From an uncultured Chlamydiales bacterium (GTDB lineage Bacteria; Chlamydiota; Chlamydiia; Chlamydiales; FEN-1388), in NCBI GenBank assembly GCA_963826935.1, contig CAWGYH010000005.1:388981-452980 (forward strand): 64,000 nt of DNA, written 5' to 3'. This document shows, piece by piece, positions 46,094 to 55,847 of this stretch (the stretch's first letter is position 1; every line of letters begins with the position of its first letter). The position numbers were made by a program, and so were the translations under genes. Under the pieces are notes generated by a model that saw only the letters and a list, made by a program, of their open reading frames with translations, did no database searches and had not been told where the DNA came from.

Positions 46094-46759
46094 TTATGAT
46101 TTCATTCTTAGAAATTTATGCCTAGCTTTTATTAATTTATCAAGGATCATTTTTTGGGACTCTTCCGAACTTCCACTTCCTTTTCCATGGAATGATTCAT
46201 AGAATAGGGGTACTTGGGCACTAATTACTACGAGAGCATCATCACAAAATGACAATAAATAACCTCTTAATGAGTTACAAATTTGGCCAGTATCTGCATT
46301 GCTATAGGTCGCGCCTTCAGGAATTTCTATAAAGGCAAAATATGCATTTCCAATAGCGTCTATTGTCTCTATTTTTTCACTGATTATCGTAATGTTTGGA
46401 AAATCTTTAACGATAGGATGAAGGACCGCGTTGAAAAAAAAGGCACGATAAAATGAAACTCTGCTATGTCCAGGGACAGTTTTCCAGCGCTCTTCGAGTG
46501 GTTTATTCCATATAACGACTTCATATCTTAACAAATCACCTGAATCATTTAGAAATGAAAGAATATAAAATTCTCTTTGTGGACGCACTGCGGTAACTTC
46601 CATGTTATTTGTCATATCAGGAACAGTAACGCTAAAATCATCTGTATAATACGTCCCATCTTTTATATATCCAACCTTGGAAGTGCGGATGCAGGAAATC
46701 AAACTCAAGCAACATGCTGTAAGGAGCACAATGAATGAGATTCGTCCACTCGTATACAT
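46094..46759 (-). CDS. Lipoprotein, function unknown
   Basis: Lipobox CLSLISC. 221 aa. Confidence 0.6.
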   Translation of the reverse strand: MYTSGRISFIVLLTACCLSLISCIRTSKVGYIKDGTYYTDDFSVTVPDMTNNMEVTAVRPQREFYILSFLNDSGDLLRYEVVIWNKPLEERWKTVPGHSRVSFYRAFFFNAVLHPIVKDFPNITIISEKIETIDAIGNAYFAFIEIPEGATYSNADTGQICNSLRGYLLSFCDDALVVISAQVPLFYESFHGKGSGSSEESQKMILDKLIKARHKFLRMKS

Positions 46760-46891
46760 AACTTACCCTTCGGGTTGGATTTGTGATGATTTGGTAGTTT
46801 CAATCATTTTCTCAGCTTTACCGGAAATGGGGTCAGATTGAATATTCGGACATTTTGAAATGTCTGAATGTCCAGCCCCAATTATAATATT

Positions 46892-47464
46892 TCATAATTT
46901 GGCCACTGCATCTGCATAGGGTTCATGGTATACCAAACGAAGGCTTTGTGTTTCAGGGTCTGCCTCGAAGTAGTGAAAGACTCCATTATAAAAAAGTATT
47001 TGAGCGAGATAAGGCGGCTTTGGCCTATTCACATCGTGATCCCAAAAAGCAATTCTTACGGACATATTGTGAAGGTCTGGGGGTTCTCCAAAATGACGTT
47101 TGATTGTGCCCATTTCATAATCATAATAAGCTAGTATGGCTGGATCGTGCTGTAACATTGTTGAAAAATCACAAACTATAGGCAGAGCGATAGATCTTCC
47201 CTGTTGTAGTGAGGTGGATTTAGTACTTGTAAAAACCAAGTGATAGTCTGTAGATTTATACGGAGTTACATCGCTTATAAGGCCGCTATCGATTAGATCA
47301 GAATCAAGTATGAATTTTAAATGATATTTTCCAGCTTCAGATTGCCCGTATTTTGTTAAGGCAACATGTTTTGCATCAAAAATTCGTTGTGCTTCTGGTC
47401 TTTGGCAAGATGTCAGAAAAAAAACTAAAGACATTAATAGATGTATAATAAACCTATTTTCCAT
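46892..47464 (-). CDS. Lipoprotein, paralog of 42919-43566 (pair member B1)
   Basis: The start is placed at the internal ATG (MENRFIIHLLMSLVFFLTSC, lipobox FLTSC). The longer track ORF would overlap the upstream gene by 122 nt. Confidence 0.65.
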   Translation of the reverse strand: MENRFIIHLLMSLVFFLTSCQRPEAQRIFDAKHVALTKYGQSEAGKYHLKFILDSDLIDSGLISDVTPYKSTDYHLVFTSTKSTSLQQGRSIALPIVCDFSTMLQHDPAILAYYDYEMGTIKRHFGEPPDLHNMSVRIAFWDHDVNRPKPPYLAQILFYNGVFHYFEADPETQSLRLVYHEPYADAVAKL

Positions 47465-48020
47465 CTGGCACATCCTTTTTACTTTTGAGGTATAGCTGAT
47501 TGCCCATAGCGAAGGGTTCTTTGTACAGTATTTTTTCTTTTCCTTCTGCACATGTTTTATATACGATATATCCATTGCAATTTTCTACGGTGCTAATATA
47601 AGGTTCCTGTAAATAGTAACCTCTGCCATCGCTAAACTCTATAGATAGGTCAAAATTCTTATCAGTAAGTGGGAAGTTGTGTAAAAAAGGGCGTATTCGT
47701 TTTTCAGTATTAAATGGAATCAGATGCATTTCGTAAATGGAAAAGAAAAGTGAGCGAGCCTTATCAATAGAAGTTAATTGAAAACTTTTTGTTACATAGG
47801 AGAAACACATCATGCGAATAGTAGGATACCATTCCCTACTTGAAGAGGAGGACATATAAAACCCTTCTTCATTTAACCTGCAATTAATGTTTTCGATAAT
47901 TTTGTCAGCAATGATAAGATCTGGCCTCTGCTCTTCCACATTTGATAAACTATCTGAAGGTCTTGAGCTACACGAGGAAGTCGCGATCAACAAAATGAAT
48001 AAATATAATTTTTTCATCAA
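47454..48020 (-). CDS. Probable lipoprotein immediately downstream of rhs1 (candidate immunity; pair member A1)
   Basis: MMKKLYLFILLIATSSC. It starts 10 nt after the rhs1 stop. Confidence 0.6.
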   Translation of the reverse strand: MMKKLYLFILLIATSSCSSRPSDSLSNVEEQRPDLIIADKIIENINCRLNEEGFYMSSSSSREWYPTIRMMCFSYVTKSFQLTSIDKARSLFFSIYEMHLIPFNTEKRIRPFLHNFPLTDKNFDLSIEFSDGRGYYLQEPYISTVENCNGYIVYKTCAEGKEKILYKEPFAMGNQLYLKSKKDVPDGK

Positions 48021-48030
48021 TAATCCATTA

Positions 48031-51000
48031 TTATTTATGGTTCAAGGCTATTTGTTCAAGTACCTTCGAATATTCATTACTTAAACATCCATGCTGAGAG
48101 CAGGGGATACGTATGGTACCTACCATCTGTAAATTCCCTTTTCCTAAAATTCCATTATACGTCATGCCCAATGGATCGGAAATAACCGATACAAAGTCTG
48201 ACCAGCCAGAATGATTGGCGGTACCATGGAAGCCATGTTTGTTATTAAATATTTTAGTAGAAGCAATGCTTTCTATGAATAAGCGTTTTCGCTGTTCAGG
48301 TTCAAGCATACGCGAAGCCAGATAAGTTGTTTGACCACCATTACTATGAGGTACAATGAGTGTATAGGCGTTTTCGCCGTGAGATTTGGCTTTGGTTGCA
48401 AGTTGCTCTAAAGCTCCAGCAACCACATTTTCATTTTCCGTTGATCCTCCTATCATGTTATAAGCAGCTTTTAGCACATCCATAAGCAAACCTCGCGTTG
48501 GTGTATATATAAGATACATGTCCGGATGGTTTCCTCCAAAGTAATCTTTAAGACCATTCGTATTTTCGACTGCTTCCTCATAATCGCAATTAAGCCCAGT
48601 TGACACAGCTGCAGCAACGCAATTTTTTGATGTTGGGTTGCCATCGGCAACTTTATAGAGTCCGGCTGGCTTACGTTTCTTTGTAGAGGCCCCCCTGGCT
48701 TTACGAAGTTTGTCTTCAACACTATCATTCCATGATCCAAAATGAAAACTATGATGTACAACTAGCTCGAAAGTTCTGCAACATACATATTTTAACCCAT
48801 CCTTCGCACTGCGTACTCCGTCTGACAACAAATCACGCAAGCGATCGGTAACATTTCGATCAGCTGTTTCATTGTCAAGAAGCCCGTAGGGATCGAAACG
48901 GGTCATGGGACTATTGAGGCAGTAAGCATAAAGGTTTGGGCCGGCTTTTAGGCCCAAGGGATCTTGGGTGAGCCATTTGCCAAGGCTGGGGTCGTAGTAG
49001 CGGCGGCCAAAGTAGACTAGGCCCGTTTCGGGATCTACTCGTTTGCTCGAGAAGCGCCAAGGGCTTAGAGGATTTTCTGGGGTCGTTTCTTGGCCGAAGG
49101 CGTCGTAGTGATAAGTTTCTACGGGGGTGCCGTTGGTGTTTAGGAGAAGGGTTATGTTGCCTTGGCGGTCGTGTAGGGGAATATAGGTGGTGCCATTTAA
49201 CTCTAGGGCTACGCTTGCGCTGATTTCGGCGCCGAGGCCTTCGCCTAGGGCGCGAAGTTCGGTGATACTGTTGGCACTATCTAGCGTGCCGATTTCGTTG
49301 TCTTGGGCGTAGAGGTAGCGTTCGGTACTGTTTTCTTGAGGGCAATGCTTTGTTAGGCGGCGGTTAAAGGCGTCGTAGCTGTAAGTATAACGCTTATCTC
49401 CCGCTCTTACTTCTATGAGGCGATCGAGGGCGTCGTACTTGTAGGTGGTGCTGTCTTGGCTTAGGCGGTTGCCTCTTTTGTCGTAGCTATAGGCGTGCTT
49501 GCTGTCTGATAGAACGGAGTGGAGGCTGTTGACGTTGTATGTCGCATCATCCTTTTGGAGGCGATTGAAGAGAGAGTCGTAGTTGTAGGTATGGCGTACC
49601 GGGCCTGTTTCTGAGGTAAGCTGCGATAGGAAGTCGTAGCTGAAGGTGCGGTTTGAGGAGCTGCCCAGGGCTTTTGTGTCTAGGGTGAGGAGGTTGCCTA
49701 CAGCATCAAAGCTGCTTTTTTGCTCAAATTGGGCATGGAAGATGTTGGTATTGCGGCCCAGTTTATCGTGGTTGAAGGTGAGGGTGCCGGCTGATTCCGG
49801 AAGGGCTGTTTTTTTGGCAAAGCCTGAAAGGTCACGCTCAAGGGTTTGATGTTTGTAAAGTTCTTTGCCGCTAGCATCCAGTCGTTGGATAGAGTCGAGG
49901 AAGGCAGAGTGGCTGTAGGCTACTTTTGAGCTGTCCGGGAGGGTAAGCTCTTTTACTCTTCCAGCTTTGTCGTAGGTATAAGTAACCGTGAGGCCGGTTT
50001 CTAGGGTTTCTGAGGTAAGCTCGCCAAAGCTGTTGTAGCTGCGGGTGGTTTTTTTACCTGTAGAGTTGTTTGTGACTTCTAGGATTCTGTCGGAGGCGTC
50101 GTAGCTATAGCTATAGTCTATGCTGTGGTCATCTGAGTAAAAGTGCTGAAGCCTGCCCTTTTTGTCGTAGGTGTGGCTGAGGATGGTGCCGTCGGCATGG
50201 GTGATGGTTTCCAGCTCGCCCTGGCGGTTGTAGACATAGCTCGTAGTTTTTTCTTCCGGGGTATTTGCGGCCTCTTTAATGGATGTGAGGTGGTTGTTGC
50301 TGTAGTAAAATAGAGTAACTATATTTTTAACACTATTCTCTGAGATGGCGTTTTCATCTATTCTTACGCAGTTATTGGCCTCGTCGTAAAAAAGCTCCTT
50401 TTTGGCAATAAGTTGATGCATAGGATCGTAGCGGTGCACTTCGGAAAGGTTGGCGCGGGCATCATATATCTCTTCTAGAGTACAGCCTCGGGCATCAATA
50501 GTTTCTTTGCGAAGGACCGTTTGGCCATGTTTATTTATATGATCGTGATAATATCGAAAGAAGGTTTTATTGCCTTCTGCATCGGTGTGTTCTTCCACAA
50601 GGCCGTGAGCGTTGTAGCGTGCCTCTGACCTTGCCTCTTGGCCGTCGATGCTCGAGATGCTGCTGGTTTGATTGTCGGCAACATCATAGCCATAGAGTTT
50701 GAAGGAGCGAAGCTCAGATGTATGGTCAAAGAGTTTTTCTTGCACAAGGCGATGGTGGGGGTCATATTCGTAACTTTTTGCTATATAGCCTTCAGCATCA
50801 AGGTGGGTGCGCGCTTCACGCATGCGTCCGTGGGAGTCGTAGGTGAAGGTTGTTTTTCTCTCTTCTTGTTCTTTGGATATTTGCCTTCCTGCTTCATCGT
50901 AGCGAAAGGTTACCTTTTCTCCCGTTGGCCCTATTGTCATCACTGGGTGGAAGCTGTTGTAAGCTAGTTCTTGTCGGGCTAAAAGCTCTCTATCCATAAA

Positions 51001-53757
51001 TAGGTGGGATGTCAGTTGCCGATCACACCAGTCGTAGGAGATGCAAGTATCAGCGCCATTTGGGGCTATCTCTTTGATGAGGTTGCCCTTTATATCGTAA
51101 AAATAGTGCTTTGATGAGCCATCGGCAAACTCTTGGTCTGTGATTTTGCCAATAGCGTTGTAGGTGGTTTTTGACACTTCTCCAACTTCGTTCCTTTCAG
51201 TTACTTTGGAGCTTAGGTTTTGATAGGAGTAAGTTTTTGAAGGGGTCTGTTTATTTCCAAGATGGTCGTAGATATCGGGATAGGTAATTTTTGTGATGCG
51301 GTTTAGGGAATCATATTCATAGCGCGTGGCGTTGCCTTGGGCATCTTTTTCACAAATTTTACGATGCAGGGCATCATATTCATATTCGCGAGTAAGTACA
51401 AGCCCATTTGTGTGAGTTTCTCTCTCTTTTACGAGGCGGCCTATTTTATCGTAGTCATAACTTACGCTTACATCATCTCGCGGGCCAGTTTTTTTCTTAA
51501 TGCGGCCTGCTATGTCATACTCAATAAAGACTTCTCGTCCGGTATGGTCCTTGGTATAGAGTATGCGGCCAATGTCGTCGTAGCGATAAGAGGAGCATGT
51601 GGAGTTTTTTTCGCGATCCTTCACCTCTTGTCGCTCTACTAAGCCCTGTTTATTGTAGTAATTTATTGTAGTTCGTAGCCATTTTCTCTTTTTAGTTTTG
51701 ATGTCAAAGTAAAACTCTAGGATCTCTTTCGGCTCGCCAAAGTTGGGACTTTCTTGCCTTGGGGTAATCCACGTCATATGGCGCTCTGTAACCTTATCCC
51801 AGTTCTCTTTTTGTTTTGAGCTGCCATCATCGACAATACTTTCAATAAGCAGCCCGCTTTCATCATACGTAAAAAACTCACGCTTTCGCACATCATAACC
51901 ATCGCAGGTAAACTTGGCTTTGAGTAGGTTGCTGCCTTTATAGTACTCGTAGTAGGTGTAGTTGCCCTTGGGGTCGCATTCGCTAAGTTTTAGGTTAAAG
52001 CCGTCGTCTGAGTAGGTATAGCGCGTCACCTGCTTGTCGCAGGTTTTACTTTTAGGGTGGACGTCGCCTGAATTTTTTGTGATGCGGGCAAGCAAGATAT
52101 CTTGCAAGACATTGCCTCGGCCATCATATTTGTACTTACGTACAAGACGTGTTTTGCCATGCTCGTCTTTGACGATATGGGCGCGAAGGTGGCCTTCGGT
52201 GTATGAGCCATTATCGCCCCAGATAAACTCCTCTTCCATAAGAAGCTTGTTATGGCTGTCAGATTTTTTTATGCGGATAAGGCGTTTGTCTTTATTCCAG
52301 TAGTAGCGGGTGATGTTTTTGTAGGCGTCGTAGACCTTGGCGTGGCCTGCCCCATGATCGCCTTTATAGTAGTGATACTCATGGGTGATTATATCTTCGT
52401 TATTGGGGCCAACGGGGGCGTGTTGGGTGCGTACGCGGTTTTGTAGAAACTTGTTGGATTTTCCGTAGTATTTGGTGAGGATATAGGAACCATCGTCACT
52501 ATATTTTTTCTTTACACGCCTTTTGTGATGGGCATCTTCTTTGCAGTAGGTAAAGTGGGTGTTGGGATGTCCCTGCCGGGCGATTTTTGATACGCTGTAG
52601 GTGCCATGCAGATGGCTGCCTTTTAGCTTTTCAAATGAGTATATATGCTCGCGCTCATCTGATGTTGTGACGTGAAGCGATGGGTTTTTTGCAAACTGCT
52701 CATCGGACTTTTGTTCAAATTTTATTTCGTTAAGTTTGCGGGAGAACTTTTTATTGTGAGTGGTTATTTCAATGATTTCGTGCTTATCGTTATAGCGGTA
52801 GAGGCGAACGTTGCCGCTTGGCAGCAGTTCTTTATGGAGCTGGTAGTCGCGGTAGTATTCGGCATGCTGTTTATTCTCATGCCTCATCTCTTTTGCCTTC
52901 CACTGGCGCTCGTAGACGCGCTTGGTGCCATCACCGAGCGTTACGTAAAAGCGATCTTCCTTTTTGCTCCAGGCAAGTTTTATGTTTTTGACGTTAGTTT
53001 GGCCGGATAACTGACCGTGGGTGATGTTTGTGACACCGGAGTTTTTGGTGACAAGCTTAAAGTGGCGAGAAAATTGGTTTTTATGGTTTTCGTCATACTC
53101 GCTTTTAAAGAGCAGCCTGCCGCCTGAGGGGTCATAAAGGGAGAGGAAGATGGGATCAGCTCCAGAGATGCCGCCGCGCTCGCGGTCGTTTCTGCGGTTT
53201 TTTGCATCTCGACGATCGTCCATACCTTTTTCTACAACATCGTGCTTGAGGCCGCCGTGTAGATATTCAAGAGGGTGATCTGAGTTATCGCTGCTTGCCT
53301 GAAAGTCGTTATCGAAAGCAAGGGCCGCAAGGGAGTCCGGGCAAAACATAGCCTGGTAGGCGTAAGTTACCTCGAAGGGACATAAATATGGCACTTCATT
53401 TGTCGCAAGATCCTTCTTTACATACTTGATGCGAGCAGGCTCAAATACTTCTAAGAAATGATGGTGCAAAAAGTTCCAGCCGTCGCCTAAGTTGCCCTCT
53501 TCAAGGCTTGAGCTTGCGTAGCTATGGCCAAGGACATATGGGTCTGGACCGCCTGAGACAATGTCGTCAGAGTTATATTCGCAAAAATCCCCTGTAATTA
53601 CGTTTACGCAGCCATTTACGACGGCTGATGGAAGGGATGTAAGGTTGACAAGTGAGGGGACGGCGTTGTCATCTACTTCTGAGGGTATTTCATGACGTTC
53701 GGCTGCAAGGGGTTGCAGTAGATAAATCGAGAGTAAAAATATGACGACTCTATACAT
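48031..53757 (-). CDS. Rhs/YD-repeat polymorphic toxin with Sec signal peptide and an alpha/beta-hydrolase-like C-terminal domain (rhs1)
   Basis: 1908 aa. Signal peptide MYRVVIFLLSIYLLQPLAA. There are dozens of YD repeats (Y.YD..G.l). The core end is GRRYYDPSLGKWLTQDPLGLKAGPNLYAYCLNSPMTRFDPYGL. The ~282-aa tip (48031-48879) contains TLIVPHSNGG, DPLG and SQHG. Confidence 0.9.
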   Translation of the reverse strand: MYRVVIFLLSIYLLQPLAAERHEIPSEVDDNAVPSLVNLTSLPSAVVNGCVNVITGDFCEYNSDDIVSGGPDPYVLGHSYASSSLEEGNLGDGWNFLHHHFLEVFEPARIKYVKKDLATNEVPYLCPFEVTYAYQAMFCPDSLAALAFDNDFQASSDNSDHPLEYLHGGLKHDVVEKGMDDRRDAKNRRNDRERGGISGADPIFLSLYDPSGGRLLFKSEYDENHKNQFSRHFKLVTKNSGVTNITHGQLSGQTNVKNIKLAWSKKEDRFYVTLGDGTKRVYERQWKAKEMRHENKQHAEYYRDYQLHKELLPSGNVRLYRYNDKHEIIEITTHNKKFSRKLNEIKFEQKSDEQFAKNPSLHVTTSDEREHIYSFEKLKGSHLHGTYSVSKIARQGHPNTHFTYCKEDAHHKRRVKKKYSDDGSYILTKYYGKSNKFLQNRVRTQHAPVGPNNEDIITHEYHYYKGDHGAGHAKVYDAYKNITRYYWNKDKRLIRIKKSDSHNKLLMEEEFIWGDNGSYTEGHLRAHIVKDEHGKTRLVRKYKYDGRGNVLQDILLARITKNSGDVHPKSKTCDKQVTRYTYSDDGFNLKLSECDPKGNYTYYEYYKGSNLLKAKFTCDGYDVRKREFFTYDESGLLIESIVDDGSSKQKENWDKVTERHMTWITPRQESPNFGEPKEILEFYFDIKTKKRKWLRTTINYYNKQGLVERQEVKDREKNSTCSSYRYDDIGRILYTKDHTGREVFIEYDIAGRIKKKTGPRDDVSVSYDYDKIGRLVKERETHTNGLVLTREYEYDALHRKICEKDAQGNATRYEYDSLNRITKITYPDIYDHLGNKQTPSKTYSYQNLSSKVTERNEVGEVSKTTYNAIGKITDQEFADGSSKHYFYDIKGNLIKEIAPNGADTCISYDWCDRQLTSHLFMDRELLARQELAYNSFHPVMTIGPTGEKVTFRYDEAGRQISKEQEERKTTFTYDSHGRMREARTHLDAEGYIAKSYEYDPHHRLVQEKLFDHTSELRSFKLYGYDVADNQTSSISSIDGQEARSEARYNAHGLVEEHTDAEGNKTFFRYYHDHINKHGQTVLRKETIDARGCTLEEIYDARANLSEVHRYDPMHQLIAKKELFYDEANNCVRIDENAISENSVKNIVTLFYYSNNHLTSIKEAANTPEEKTTSYVYNRQGELETITHADGTILSHTYDKKGRLQHFYSDDHSIDYSYSYDASDRILEVTNNSTGKKTTRSYNSFGELTSETLETGLTVTYTYDKAGRVKELTLPDSSKVAYSHSAFLDSIQRLDASGKELYKHQTLERDLSGFAKKTALPESAGTLTFNHDKLGRNTNIFHAQFEQKSSFDAVGNLLTLDTKALGSSSNRTFSYDFLSQLTSETGPVRHTYNYDSLFNRLQKDDATYNVNSLHSVLSDSKHAYSYDKRGNRLSQDSTTYKYDALDRLIEVRAGDKRYTYSYDAFNRRLTKHCPQENSTERYLYAQDNEIGTLDSANSITELRALGEGLGAEISASVALELNGTTYIPLHDRQGNITLLLNTNGTPVETYHYDAFGQETTPENPLSPWRFSSKRVDPETGLVYFGRRYYDPSLGKWLTQDPLGLKAGPNLYAYCLNSPMTRFDPYGLLDNETADRNVTDRLRDLLSDGVRSAKDGLKYVCCRTFELVVHHSFHFGSWNDSVEDKLRKARGASTKKRKPAGLYKVADGNPTSKNCVAAAVSTGLNCDYEEAVENTNGLKDYFGGNHPDMYLIYTPTRGLLMDVLKAAYNMIGGSTENENVVAGALEQLATKAKSHGENAYTLIVPHSNGGQTTYLASRMLEPEQRKRLFIESIASTKIFNNKHGFHGTANHSGWSDFVSVISDPLGMTYNGILGKGNLQMVGTIRIPCSQHGCLSNEYSKVLEQIALNHK

Positions 53758-54076
53758 GGTGTCACCTAATATCGTTATTACTTAAGTATTAAGCAAGGAT
53801 CAGATGCGATAAGGACTGCGGTGTCGAAGTAAGAGAGTTAATTCATATAAGAGAGAGGCAATATTTGCAAACAAAAAGCAGTGTTCAAAATGCAGGAAAT
53901 TCATTGCACTTTCGATAAAAAAACAAGGAAGGCGTCACCGGTTGGGCAGAGGTATGGCGAAGCAGGCTACGAGTCATCTCGCACTATGCTTCCTTAAAGA
54001 GGTGCACATGAAATTGTCGACTCCACCGAATTCTGAGCCTAGCCCGACTCGGTTGGATTTCGTCTTCTGTATAGAG

Positions 54077-54325
54077 GATGTGAAAAAATGCGTTTTTTTC
54101 GACCGCAGGTCTTTGGAGTGCTGCGATTGTTCGCAGCTTTAAGTTCTGCACATACCTTAATTGCGAGATCGATCAAGCTCACAAAACACCTCTACCGATT
54201 TATGTAGATCTGTTTTGTAAGCTTGGGCGGTAAGGCAGTAAAGGTGTGTGGTCGGAGTAAAAGCTGCGAAGCATCGCAGCACTCCAAAGACCTGCGGTCG
54301 AAAAAAACGCATTTTTTCATCGCCT
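54077..54325. repeat. P250 long-palindrome element, copy D
   Basis: ggatgtgaaaaaatgcgtttttttcgaccgcaggtctttggagtgctgcga...tcgcagcactccaaagacctgcggtcgaaaaaaacgcattttttcatc. It is followed by a C100 family copy. Confidence 0.9.
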
Positions 54326-54513
54326 CCTATACGGAGGACGAAACGTGCAAACTCCAGGCACCTGAAGACGTGCGTTATAGTAAAGGGTAACTCCCAAGCG
54401 TTCATTTTGAATAAGTGGTCTTCTGTGACAAATTTTAGCCTTTGAGATTATTTCTTAAGAAACGTATTATCGATTGCTTATGCTATTTTTTAATTTTAAA
54501 AAAGGTGTTTTAT

Positions 54514-54966
54514 ATGAGAGGCTATAAAGAAGAATCAAATTTCATGTTGGCTGCTTTATGCGGGATTTTAACTGCCCTTGCTCTTGTAGCTATGTGGGCC
54601 TATATAACATATTTTGTCAATTTCCAAGTCGGCTGGATGGCTGTGGCAGTAGGCTATATTATCGGCTATGTCATCCGCATCATTGGTAAGGGGACTACGC
54701 TCGGTTTTGGAGTGCTTGGTGCTGCTCTATCTTTGCTTACATGCATTGCCGGCAACCTATTTTTCATCATCATATGTCTTTCCAATGATGAGCATATCCC
54801 AGTCCTGGAGGTACTGAAAACAATCGATTTTTCTAGCCTTATAAGCTTTTATGTACAAACATTCCACGCAGTTGATCTTATGTTTTATGGCATTGCTTTA
54901 TACGAAGGCTTCAAGCTAAGCATTATCCAGTTTGAGCAAGAAGATGCTGTGGGGGCAGCGGTGTAA
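54514..54966 (+). CDS. Small 4-TM membrane protein
   Basis: ATG 54514 (MRGYKEE) is preceded by aaggtg. Four hydrophobic segments are present. Confidence 0.55.
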   Translation: MRGYKEESNFMLAALCGILTALALVAMWAYITYFVNFQVGWMAVAVGYIIGYVIRIIGKGTTLGFGVLGAALSLLTCIAGNLFFIIICLSNDEHIPVLEVLKTIDFSSLISFYVQTFHAVDLMFYGIALYEGFKLSIIQFEQEDAVGAAV

Positions 54967-54967
54967 A

Positions 54968-55033
54968 GAAAACGGGTCGGGCATCACACTTCCAATTTAA
55001 GTAAATTGGAAGTGTGATGCCCGACCCGTTTTC
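54968..55033. terminator. Perfect 31-bp-stem hairpin (family H) between convergent genes
   Basis: gaaaacgggtcgggcatcacacttccaattt-aagt-aaattggaagtgtgatgcccgacccgttttc, followed by a T-rich tract. Confidence 0.6.
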
Positions 55034-55108
55034 TTTTCTGCCCCTACCCACATAATGCTCTAAAGCTAATGTGGGCAGGGTAATGTTGCTAATGCTTCTT
55101 AAAAGCTG

Positions 55109-55306
55109 TTATTTTACGACTGTCGGGGATGCATCCATACGTGCCATTAGATCATCGGATCTTTTGTCAAGTTGATTTTGTTTTTCTTTGATCCCAGATT
55201 GGGTAATGGGGCATTGCTTGACTTGTTTGTAGGCAAGAATCAACTCGTTAATCTGTTTTGTCCATGCTGGATATAGCTCTATCATAGCTGTGAGAGCATC
55301 CAGCAT
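55109..55306 (-). CDS. Coiled-coil protein fragment (probable C-terminal part of a split gene)
   Basis: Its frame is open upstream to ~55431 without a start codon (..EKRRQQDAKARIIQSQTKIDAYEVTRQEGLQEMLDAL...). Confidence 0.4.
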   Translation of the reverse strand: MLDALTAMIELYPAWTKQINELILAYKQVKQCPITQSGIKEKQNQLDKRSDDLMARMDASPTVVK

Positions 55307-55344
55307 CTCCTGAAGGCCTTCTTGGCGGGTAACCTCATATGCGT

Positions 55345-55608
55345 CTATTTTTGTTTGGGATTGGATGATCCTAGCTTTTGCATCTTGCTGTCGCCTTTTT
55401 TCTCTGCTGCAGCAACTTTTTGCTTAGCGATAGATAACTCATTAATTTTATCTTCGAGCTCTTGCTGTTCTGCAATTGTCATATGATTTGCCTGCATAGA
55501 CTGCCCTTTTGAAGGAATTTTAGCTCTGGTTACTGGTCCAGCCTGACTATTTTGGTCTTGTTTTTGGCGGGATCCAAAAAGTCCCCTTAAACCTGTTACT
55601 GCTGACAT
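55345..55608 (-). CDS. Coiled-coil protein fragment (probable N-terminal part of a split gene)
   Basis: 87 aa. One extra A in the A6 run (T6 at 55396-55401 on the + strand) would fuse it in frame to 55109-55306. Confidence 0.45.
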   Translation of the reverse strand: MSAVTGLRGLFGSRQKQDQNSQAGPVTRAKIPSKGQSMQANHMTIAEQQELEDKINELSIAKQKVAAAEKKGDSKMQKLGSSNPKQK

Positions 55609-55847
55609 AACATCCTCCTTTTGTTAGGCAATGGGGGAAAATTCACCATTGCGCCTTTATTTGTATCACAGATTGTCAAGATTATAGCAAAAAAGTCCTT
55701 TTTCGGCAAGAGATTTGAAATATTTATTTGTTTCTATGTGGAGTGTAGGTTTTAAGAGAGTAATTGTCTGATTTTGAGAGTCAAAAAACATGACACTTGA
55801 CAATGTAAATCAAATATTTTAATATAAGGATTGGGAAGGAGGGATCC

